Virus genome (UHGV): UHGV-1373362
DNA: 64,000 bases
From: a virus
Reading direction: 5' to 3' (one strand)
The position numbers and the translations under genes are program-made. Each line of letters begins with the position of its first letter. The first letter of the stretch is position 1. The notes under the pieces were generated by a model that saw nothing but the letters and a program-made list of their open reading frames with translations, made no database searches and was not told the DNA's origin. Positions 11,172-19,160 of this stretch are shown here, in pieces.

Positions 11172-11998
11172 TACTCAATTACAGTTACATATATTCCTAC
11201 CAAATCTTTTAGTGGGCTATAAACAGCTTGCCCCGAGTCTCTAGAGCACATGTATAACACCCCTTCCTGAGTATAATACTTACCAAGCTCTAGTTCCATA
11301 TTATTATTATATGGGATTGGATCTTCTCTAGTTCCAGCATGGGATTCACTAATTTCTTCATATAAAGCTGCTGTAGAAATACCTGGAGCTTGGTTTTCTA
11401 ATACCAAACTAATGTCCTGCTTTACCTTGTATAAGCATCCTTTATATGTTACTTTGTCTCCACTAGTTAGAGATCCTCCTATACAGCTCACCCATGTTGG
11501 ATACAAGGACTTACATGCCAAGGATTGTTCATCCGTAAGTGTAGCTGTTGTAACTAAAACTTTTAATAGATTAGCTATATCGTTTTGGGTTGGAAGTAAT
11601 TCTCCATTCATTTCAGGATCTACAATTCCAAAATCTTTTTTAACCTCAGATTTTATTATAGATACTAATCCCACGTACTCACGGTATTCAGAGCATATAT
11701 TAGAATCTTCTATAACCCCCATCTGATATGAATTATATTTATTCATTAATGCTAACTCTTCCTCAGCAGTTATATATTCTCGTATAATAGCTTGGATACA
11801 GGTATTACATTCAGGAACACCTCTTAGATGCACTTGTATATAGTTCCACCTAGTCTCCTCAGTTGATTCCCCAGATTCTATATCACTTGTTGTAACTACT
11901 CTGGATTTTATGTCATAATTATAGTAATATGTACCATTACCTAGCTTCTCTATTGTATTAGGCTGTACATTCATTTCTATTCTTCTTGGTTCTAACAT
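11171..11998 (-). CDS. Hypothetical protein (275 aa)
   Basis: ORF overlapping the 3' end of the RT gene by 41 nt. Confidence 0.35.
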   Translation of the reverse strand: MLEPRRIEMNVQPNTIEKLGNGTYYYNYDIKSRVVTTSDIESGESTEETRWNYIQVHLRGVPECNTCIQAIIREYITAEEELALMNKYNSYQMGVIEDSNICSEYREYVGLVSIIKSEVKKDFGIVDPEMNGELLPTQNDIANLLKVLVTTATLTDEQSLACKSLYPTWVSCIGGSLTSGDKVTYKGCLYKVKQDISLVLENQAPGISTAALYEEISESHAGTREDPIPYNNNMELELGKYYTQEGVLYMCSRDSGQAVYSPLKDLVGIYVTVIE

Positions 11999-13193
11999 AC
12001 GGTTGTATTTTAAAATTCACAGGTAAAGAGTATCTACTAAGAGAGTATAGTAACTCTGAATTACGACTCTCGAAATAGTATGACTTCTTATTGTAAACAA
12101 AGTTAATTCTAAAACACTTACTATAATTAACCACATCCACAACGTGTACATACTTGTTGTAAAATCTAGAAATTGTAGTCTTCTTTCCATCCCAATTAGA
12201 GAAGTGCAATCCTGTCTCCTTTTGGATTTTACATAGTAAATTCTTAGAGTTACAGAACTTTAACCATCCAAAGTAAGACTGCATTCTCTTACGTAATTCG
12301 TCTTTACTTATTAATTTCCTTTTATATTTGTTTATTAATTTAAACAATCTAATTTTGATTGATTTTCTTAATAACACGTGGGTATGGTAGAATCTATATC
12401 CTACAAAGTCTATTCCCCTGCTTTCTACAGGGAATATTTGATAGTTTTGTTTCAACTTTAAATTTAAGACCTCTCTTAGATATATCTTTATCGCTATTAA
12501 GACATTTCTTAAGAAATTCTTATCACTGCTGAGAATTACAATATCATCAGCACACCTGAAATAGAATTTACATTTCAGTTCTTCCTTGACCCAATGATCA
12601 AAGTAGGCAAGGTATAGATTGGCAAAGAACTGAGATAAATAGTTACCAATAGGAACCCCATCCGCAGAATAAATAATCCCAATCAGTAAAACTAATAAAC
12701 TATTATCCTTAACCTTACGCTTAATTATTTCACATAATATATCGTGGTCAATAGAGGGATAAAACTTTTTTACATCTATTTTCAGACAATAAAACGTTTC
12801 ATCCGGATATTTTCTCAAGGCAGCCCTCAAATCATGGGCTACATTATGAATACCTCTGTCCTTAATGCAGGAATAGGTCTGCTTAATAAATATTTTAGTC
12901 CAGATGGATTCCATTATATTCATGATAGCATGATGTGTTATTCGGTCTGGATAATATGGTAGCCTAAATATTAGTCTTTCTTTAGGTTCATATATTGTGA
13001 ACGTACTATATTCCGAAGTTTCATAAACCAAGTCCCTTAGTTGTTCAGAAAGTTTTTGGTTCTCCCTCTCTTTATTTCTATCATGCTTTAAAATTCCCCA
13101 TCTAACTGATTTGTGCTTTCTAGCCTTATTATCTGCTTTCTCAATGTTCTCTATATCATACACCTGTTCATGTAAATATCCTATCCTTTTCAA
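11958..13193 (-). CDS. Diversity-generating retroelement (DGR) reverse transcriptase
   Basis: RT motifs: FRCADDIVIL (YxDD box) and, upstream of it, PIGNYLSQFFANLYL (the IGxxxSQ signature that distinguishes DGR RTs from group II intron RTs, which have QGxxxSP). About 410 aa. Lies directly beside the TR/VR repeat pair. Confidence 0.85.
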   Translation of the reverse strand: MKRIGYLHEQVYDIENIEKADNKARKHKSVRWGILKHDRNKERENQKLSEQLRDLVYETSEYSTFTIYEPKERLIFRLPYYPDRITHHAIMNIMESIWTKIFIKQTYSCIKDRGIHNVAHDLRAALRKYPDETFYCLKIDVKKFYPSIDHDILCEIIKRKVKDNSLLVLLIGIIYSADGVPIGNYLSQFFANLYLAYFDHWVKEELKCKFYFRCADDIVILSSDKNFLRNVLIAIKIYLREVLNLKLKQNYQIFPVESRGIDFVGYRFYHTHVLLRKSIKIRLFKLINKYKRKLISKDELRKRMQSYFGWLKFCNSKNLLCKIQKETGLHFSNWDGKKTTISRFYNKYVHVVDVVNYSKCFRINFVYNKKSYYFESRNSELLYSLSRYSLPVNFKIQPYVRTKKNRNECTA

Positions 13194-13335
13194 AGTCTTA
13201 TATATTTAATTTGGAAGCTTTCGAGATTTAACCTACTAACACCCGTTTATCCTAAATACTACTATATTTTTTGCCAAGAGGCAGGGATACTGTTTAGACT
13301 GAATAAGTAAAAACTATCAAAATGAAATATATAAC

Positions 13336-13438
13336 AAACCTACATTAGCATTAGAATTGCTAACTCCATTATTAGAATTGAAGTAGCTAAGACTGGCATT
13401 ACTACCATTATTAGCGTTGCTACTAACGATGAGTGTTT
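13336..13438 (-). repeat. DGR template repeat (TR), about 103 bp, intergenic between RT and target gene
   Basis: Aligns with 13543-13645 at an offset of 207 nt. All of the roughly 27 mismatches fall at plus-strand T in this copy (A on the coding minus strand). In the target-gene frame the TR reads TLIVSSNANNGSNASLSYFNSNNGVSNSNANVG, rich in AAY codons. Confidence 0.85.
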
Positions 13439-13520
13439 TGTAGTAATCATCCTTGTCCTACAACTAATGTAAAAGTAAACAGTATCCTTAATCTTTATAC
13501 CTATAAATCTAGTATTGATT

Positions 13521-15581
13521 TTATATTTTATTTATCGTTCTGAAACCCACATGAGCAGTAGAAAGGCCAACCCCAGTACTAGAATAGAAGCAGCCAAGAC
13601 CGGCAAGACCACCATCATAAGCGCCGCCACCAACGATGAGCGTCCTCAATGCTGTGCTTGATGCATTACAGTAGTGGTAGTCACACATATATGTCGTAGT
13701 AGAGCCGCCCACCTTAGATGGAATGATCTCCCCTGTTTCACCCAGGTCAAAATCAGTAGTATAACCATCTGAAGCAATCTCGATCCCAGTTACAGACATT
13801 TTACCTTTAGCTACATTATCATCGCCAAACGCTGATGTGTCAATCGTAGTGTATACATTACTAGGCTGATTTGCAGTTGTTCTTTCTATAATTATTCCAT
13901 CTAAATTAGTCCAGATGTCTCCAAATGGATTATCAAATCCTCTCCATCTTGGAACTTTAAATGTCTTAGTAGCTACTGTTGTGGATTCGTTTACCACAGT
14001 TTCAGGAATTACTAAATCCTTAACACCAGTAAAGTTACCAAACTCATTGCAATATCCACATGGAGTTATTGGGTAATTCCCATTATAACTTGTCCAGATA
14101 TCCCAATTCCATGTAGTAACACCATCTCCTAAACCACCTTGATGATAACCTTCAGCAGTTAATTCAGCGTTATATGCAGCTTGAGAGTTAAGTGTTGCAT
14201 ATTCAATAACCCAAGCCCAGTAGAATATCCATTTGTAATACTCATAGCATAATAGTTCTGAGCCTGCATTAGCAGCATAAGTTCTCATGTTAGCTCTTGT
14301 AGTGTTGGTTCTAGGTTTTCCCAGATCACTTCTAAAGGCATCTGTACTCAGGTACGTATCGTTAGCAGTTCTATTACCTCCGCCTCTGAATTGAGCAGTA
14401 GTATTAACTACAGAAACAGCCTTATTGCCAGTCTGATTTACTGTACATCTATAGGCGTCCACTAACATCTCTGGAATTTCAATCCACGTATTATCTATTT
14501 TGACGGTAGACATTCGTACCCATTTCTTTACTCCACTAATTCCAGACTTACCATAAAACTTAGGTATGTGTACTCTTATTGAACCATCAGTTCCGTCAAG
14601 TACTGAATCCTCACCTGTAATCTTCTTACTCCAATCATTAGGATTTAAGTAGTAATTAATCATTGAACCATTAGCCACGCAACCCCTATATTGAGACTGC
14701 ACTGGTAGGGATTTATGTAATAGTGTGTTTCCAATTCTAGTTAATGTGGGGTCTGCCACAGTAGTATCCCATTCTACACCATAAGAATAAATATCTTCAT
14801 ATCCAGTATAGCTAGGAGTATCCTCCCACTTAGCAGTTCCATCACCGTTATTTACTAATATCTGACCTAAAGTACCTCCTGCTGGAATGTGCTTATTACC
14901 AGCTGTAGTGGGATGTATATAGTTGTTAGCTGACTCCTCAATAGAATCCAATTTAACTTTATCTAGCATTGATAACACACCTGCGGCTTCAGTAGTAGCA
15001 GCAGGTAATGAAGTAGTTAAGTTAGGAAATTGACTACTATAATTCCTTTCCAATGTTATAGTAACTGTACCTTGTAATGGATTGTTTCTAATAGCATTTA
15101 CACCAGTTATGCCCTCTAATTTGGTTTTATGCTCTGAAGTAAAGTCATTAGTACTCAGCTCCTTTCCTTCAATTTTATCAACTTTACCTGCTAAAGAGGA
15201 TTTAATATCTGTGTCATCGTAATTCTCTAAAGAATCTAATTTAATCTTTTCCTCACTAGTTACAAATTTATGAGTATCATCTTCTACTATGATAGAGGCA
15301 GGGTGAGTATCTGGATGGGTGTAATTGTTAGCCCCCTCAGCTATGCCATCCAATTTAGATTTAAGTTCAGTAGTAAAATTCTCATCACTAAGTACTTTAC
15401 TACCTTCTTTATCAACTTTACCTGCTAGGGCATTTGTTAATTCCTCTTGAGTAATTACATCACCCTTTATGTCTGATACAGTAGTAGTTTTATTTGTCCC
15501 ATTCTGAACTATGGGAATCAGCTCGTCACCATTAAGTGATTCTGCCAGTGGCATTTGGGAAATTTTTACATCCGTAACCAT
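13521..15581 (-). CDS. DGR target: tail fibre / receptor-binding protein with hypervariable C-terminal domain (686 aa)
   Basis: Contains the VR at its C-terminus. Fibre repeat motifs (IEGKELSTNDFTSEHKTKLEGI, SKVLSDENFTTELKSKLDGI). Its N-terminal motif (ELIPIVQNG.NK.TTVSDI) is shared with the 125-aa protein at 16278-16655. Confidence 0.8.
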   Translation of the reverse strand: MVTDVKISQMPLAESLNGDELIPIVQNGTNKTTTVSDIKGDVITQEELTNALAGKVDKEGSKVLSDENFTTELKSKLDGIAEGANNYTHPDTHPASIIVEDDTHKFVTSEEKIKLDSLENYDDTDIKSSLAGKVDKIEGKELSTNDFTSEHKTKLEGITGVNAIRNNPLQGTVTITLERNYSSQFPNLTTSLPAATTEAAGVLSMLDKVKLDSIEESANNYIHPTTAGNKHIPAGGTLGQILVNNGDGTAKWEDTPSYTGYEDIYSYGVEWDTTVADPTLTRIGNTLLHKSLPVQSQYRGCVANGSMINYYLNPNDWSKKITGEDSVLDGTDGSIRVHIPKFYGKSGISGVKKWVRMSTVKIDNTWIEIPEMLVDAYRCTVNQTGNKAVSVVNTTAQFRGGGNRTANDTYLSTDAFRSDLGKPRTNTTRANMRTYAANAGSELLCYEYYKWIFYWAWVIEYATLNSQAAYNAELTAEGYHQGGLGDGVTTWNWDIWTSYNGNYPITPCGYCNEFGNFTGVKDLVIPETVVNESTTVATKTFKVPRWRGFDNPFGDIWTNLDGIIIERTTANQPSNVYTTIDTSAFGDDNVAKGKMSVTGIEIASDGYTTDFDLGETGEIIPSKVGGSTTTYMCDYHYCNASSTALRTLIVGGGAYDGGLAGLGCFYSSTGVGLSTAHVGFRTINKI
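13543..13645 (-). repeat. DGR variable repeat (VR) inside the 3' end of the target gene
   Basis: Same alignment. Encodes ...LIVGGGAYDGGLAGLGCFYSSTGVGLSTAHVG... about 7 codons before the stop; every difference from the TR is at a TR adenine. Confidence 0.85.
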
Positions 15582-15584
15582 TAC

Positions 15585-16016
15585 TCAAATAAAATTAAAT
15601 TTCCTGTTTCTGTAATCATAATCTTTAATCATAATCTTTTCACTCTCAGTTAACAGAGTGCCTAAATCTCTTATTATTAAGTTACCATCTTCAGTAAGTA
15701 TGTTTACACCAACTTCAGCAAGGATATTTCTAGTAGCATCAGTAAGATATATATCTCCATCTTCTAGTTTCCAATGGTCTATAAAGACTGAGTTATGCCC
15801 CTTCCGAATAACCTCTAAAGTGTAACTACTGCCGTCAAATCCCTTCAGTGTCACCTGACCGTTGGCATCAGTGACATACTCTTTACCTCCAAAAACTACT
15901 ATTGCCCCTATTAATGGTTCTCCAGAGTCTTTGTCTAGTATTCTAACTACAACTGATACAATTCTTTTTAAATTAGCTCTACCAATGTAGTTACCAATGC
16001 CAATATAAATTCCCAT
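15585..16016 (-). CDS. Hypothetical protein with transthyretin/carboxypeptidase-regulatory-like beta-sandwich signature (143 aa)
   Basis: Pattern ...GEPLIGAIVVFGGKEYVTDANGQVTLKGFDGSSYTLEV... resembles CarbopepD_reg-like folds. Weak, by eye. Confidence 0.3.
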   Translation of the reverse strand: MGIYIGIGNYIGRANLKRIVSVVVRILDKDSGEPLIGAIVVFGGKEYVTDANGQVTLKGFDGSSYTLEVIRKGHNSVFIDHWKLEDGDIYLTDATRNILAEVGVNILTEDGNLIIRDLGTLLTESEKIMIKDYDYRNRKFNFI

Positions 16017-16017
16017 T

Positions 16018-16281
16018 TTAATTACCTACTTGCAATGAGTTAGCAGGAACACCCTTAATACCAACTATCAATTCAGGATTCCATCCTGGATATATTACTG
16101 TAGAAATATATTGCCCCTCTGAATCTTTCAAAGTAACTTCAGCAGTTATATTTTCCTCAGTAATATTCTTTACCAGAACAGGTTTACTTCCAGTAGGTAA
16201 TTCAAAGTTACCAGCAGGTAAGAGTTTTAATTTACTTACTTGTAGGGAAGTTGGCCTCTCATTTTGATTTAAATTTATCAT
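16018..16281 (-). CDS. Small hypothetical protein (87 aa)
   Basis: ORF, overlaps the upstream gene by 4 nt. Confidence 0.3.
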   Translation of the reverse strand: MINLNQNERPTSLQVSKLKLLPAGNFELPTGSKPVLVKNITEENITAEVTLKDSEGQYISTVIYPGWNPELIVGIKGVPANSLQVGN

Positions 16282-16655
16282 GTCGTCGGGTTTAACTGTG
16301 TTTCTAAGGCTGTAACTCTATCGGCTAATGCATTGTATGTTTCAAGAGTCACATAATTAGTTAAATCTACGGTAATCTGTTTATTCCCCAAGAACTCCCA
16401 GCCTTGACCTGTTAACCATATATATTCATCATATACATCATTAGCCCTAGAACTCTCGTTAGCAACTAAATATATCTTATTAACTATACCCTGTGCTGGT
16501 AAAGTTTGTACTATTTCAGTTCCTCCATTAGATAAATTACTAAGTAAATCCGAGATAGTAATAACCTTATTAACTCCATCCTGAATAATAGGTATCAACT
16601 CTGTGCCAGCAAAGGTAGTTACTACATCCATTTCAGATATTCGTTTACCAGCCAT
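16278..16655 (-). CDS. Small virion protein sharing its N-terminal motif with the DGR target fibre (125 aa)
   Basis: MAGKRISEMDVVTTFAGTELIPIIQDGVNKVITISDL compared with MVTDVKISQMPLAESLNGDELIPIVQNGTNKTTTVSDI in the fibre. Confidence 0.45.
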   Translation of the reverse strand: MAGKRISEMDVVTTFAGTELIPIIQDGVNKVITISDLLSNLSNGGTEIVQTLPAQGIVNKIYLVANESSRANDVYDEYIWLTGQGWEFLGNKQITVDLTNYVTLETYNALADRVTALETQLNPTT

Positions 16656-18880
16656 TACATATTTTTAACTTCATCATTCATATTATTACCATCGAACAAT
16701 TGAGCATATTCAATATCCGTTCTCTTAGTATCGTTATCTGATTGAGTAGATTTAAAATCACGTTCTGTTTTAGCATTATACCAATTAATTTCAGCTTCGT
16801 TCTGTGCCTTCTCTCTTTCAATCTCAATCTTAGCTTCATTGAGGCTTTCAATTTTACTTTGAGCCTGTTGAAGCTGCTGCTGTAGTTGTTGGTTCTGCTG
16901 CTGTAGTTGCTCAAGTTGCTGTTGCATCTGTCCCATTTCATTAGTCTCCTTCTTCCTTTTAGCAAACGCTTTATGGACTTTGGATTTAAGTTCAGTAAGA
17001 CTTCTAGCAGCTAAAGCATCCACGATAGTGTCAGGTTCAAGTTGTCCACTCTTGATGAATTCTACAATAATCTGTTGAACATTTTGCATTTCCTTCATAA
17101 TCTTAGTACTAGGAACAATATGAATATCATAATCAGTATGTGTAAAATGTTCTGGTAATGCTGTGAACACTCTTTGCAATTTGTCTCCAAGTATAAGAGT
17201 TCCGGTTTTGCCTTTCTTCCATACTATCTTGGCAATATTTAAACAGTCACTCAATATATCAATAGATAGGGTATCCATCTGTTGATAGAATGGCTTAGTA
17301 ATAGTATAGGAGTTTCTAGCCCCAGCTTCTACATTACTAACAGCATCTTTCTGCTGAATACCATTAAGTCTTTCTCTAAATACCCCTGTTACAGAAGATG
17401 TTTGATCTTCTATTCTTTGTAATGCTAAGTCAAATGCTTGTATAGTTTGTACCTTGATAGTATCATCAAATCCGGCAAAGGAGGTATTGTTGTTAAAAGC
17501 TCTTCCCTCCTGGCTAGTATCAACTAAGGCCATACCCGTCTTTTTGAATGCCAGGAATTTTTGTAATCTTTCAGTTAAATCATCTCCTAATATAGTTGGA
17601 AGCATTGATATGTCTACCCAGTCCCCAGTAGATCCACTGTTAGCTAATATATTATCCCTAAAGTAGGTTACTAAATCATACTTATCCTGCAAGTGGGCAC
17701 ATTGTAAAACTAATGATTGTGGCACATTGTCTCTATTAGTGAGATACACTCCATTAACTGATAATCCACACTTAGTGGGTGCATCCTTGGTTCTAATTAC
17801 ATTCTTTGACTTACCTGTAAGAACATATATAGATTGACCTATCCTAACTCCCTCATACCTATTCTCTACATAATCCTCACCCTCTTTGTCAATATCTATC
17901 CACTCTACTTCAAACACTGGAAGAAGTTTGAAATTGAAGGATTCATAAGTATCAGCTGGAAATCCAGGTGTGATACCTTTACCTGCATCCAGTCCAGCAC
18001 CCTCTCCTGTATCAATGGGCCTACATCCCACTTGATTCTCCATAGCCCTAATATACATGTAGGAGCTATCATTGTAGTGCTCATACATATCCTCTAATTC
18101 GGTTTTGCCCTCATCACTAAGATTCTTACCGTACTCGTTAAGAATTTGATGTTTAGTCATCCATCTCCTATATACTACTCTGTAGCTATCTTTTACGTAT
18201 TGTGATTCAGGATTTCTATCAACAAATGTATTTAAGGGACTGAGTACATCAATGGTTATATTAGTCCCTTCAGGTGAGGGTTTAACCCTGTAATATGAAC
18301 TTCCTGTAACTAGTAGGTCTAATAAAAGAACCCTCAACTTATTAGCCAGATCAGTATTCCTAGATTGAATAACATATTCTAGAACATCCTGGGCTGCTCT
18401 CTCATAGTCACTAATAAAGTTCTCATTTATATCTTCAATTAACCGATCTATTTCTATTTCTATAGCGGCATCACTGACATTACCATTACCTATAAATGCT
18501 AGTATTTGATTATTGAGGTGCTTTTGTAAAAAAGAAAATACCTGTTGATTTATTTCTAATTCTTTTTGTCTAGTGATCTTACTAACAGTTTCCTTATCTT
18601 TGCAAGATACTTTTGGAATGATGGGAATGTCTAGGTATTCACCAATCAAGGCATCAATATGTTTCTTTATAAGAGGTGTAAACTCCATAGAAGTGGGATT
18701 TCCAATACCAAAGTTCTCTTCTAAGTAGCGGTACTGTTCAGCATCTCTCTTACAATTATAATAGTTGTATGCCTTCTGAAGTTTCCATTTATTAAAGACT
18801 AATTCATTTATAGCCTTATCTATCTTCTCTATCAAATACTCATCACTTCTCTTCTTTACATCCATCTTTAAAGTCTTCAT
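16655..18880 (-). CDS. Putative portal protein (741 aa) with C-terminal Q-rich coiled coil
   Basis: Large ORF immediately downstream of the terminase large subunit gene (the conserved terL-portal order). C-terminal QQQLEQLQQQNQQLQQQLQQ coiled coil. No motif-level proof. Confidence 0.5.
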   Translation of the reverse strand: MKTLKMDVKKRSDEYLIEKIDKAINELVFNKWKLQKAYNYYNCKRDAEQYRYLEENFGIGNPTSMEFTPLIKKHIDALIGEYLDIPIIPKVSCKDKETVSKITRQKELEINQQVFSFLQKHLNNQILAFIGNGNVSDAAIEIEIDRLIEDINENFISDYERAAQDVLEYVIQSRNTDLANKLRVLLLDLLVTGSSYYRVKPSPEGTNITIDVLSPLNTFVDRNPESQYVKDSYRVVYRRWMTKHQILNEYGKNLSDEGKTELEDMYEHYNDSSYMYIRAMENQVGCRPIDTGEGAGLDAGKGITPGFPADTYESFNFKLLPVFEVEWIDIDKEGEDYVENRYEGVRIGQSIYVLTGKSKNVIRTKDAPTKCGLSVNGVYLTNRDNVPQSLVLQCAHLQDKYDLVTYFRDNILANSGSTGDWVDISMLPTILGDDLTERLQKFLAFKKTGMALVDTSQEGRAFNNNTSFAGFDDTIKVQTIQAFDLALQRIEDQTSSVTGVFRERLNGIQQKDAVSNVEAGARNSYTITKPFYQQMDTLSIDILSDCLNIAKIVWKKGKTGTLILGDKLQRVFTALPEHFTHTDYDIHIVPSTKIMKEMQNVQQIIVEFIKSGQLEPDTIVDALAARSLTELKSKVHKAFAKRKKETNEMGQMQQQLEQLQQQNQQLQQQLQQAQSKIESLNEAKIEIEREKAQNEAEINWYNAKTERDFKSTQSDNDTKRTDIEYAQLFDGNNMNDEVKNM

Positions 18881-19160
18881 ATAATTGTATGGCAGTGAAG
18901 TACTTAGTTCTAATAAGACTTCTTTCCATCAATTCCCTTTTAATAAACTGTATAAACTCTTCAGCTGAACCTTGGCAAGCTATTGATAGGGGTTTTTCAT
19001 CTTTATTCAAACCAATGTCTACCCTATATCCAATATGCTCAGGCTCCTCACCTGGGAACTCATAGGTAGTCTCTCGAACCTTTAAAACTCCTTGATATTC
19101 TGCACAGTAAAGCTCCTTAATTAAATCTCGGATTACTTGTTCTATATCCTGTGTCGTCAT
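18843..19160 (-). CDS. Hypothetical protein (105 aa)
   Basis: ORF between terL and portal. Confidence 0.3.
   Translation of the reverse strand: MTTQDIEQVIRDLIKELYCAEYQGVLKVRETTYEFPGEEPEHIGYRVDIGLNKDEKPLSIACQGSAEEFIQFIKRELMERSLIRTKYFTAIQLYEDFKDGCKEEK

Noticed and set aside
11958-13193. RT could be a group II intron or retron reverse transcriptase
   Set aside because: The motif immediately N-terminal of YADD is IGNYLSQ (DGR type), not QGxxxSP. No intron RNA domains or maturase/endonuclease extension are apparent. A TR/VR pair with an A-specific mismatch pattern is adjacent.
16678-16965. 95-aa minus-strand ORF in an alternative frame inside the portal gene
   Set aside because: Arg/Lys-rich low-complexity translation of the portal's Q-rich coiled-coil region read in another frame.
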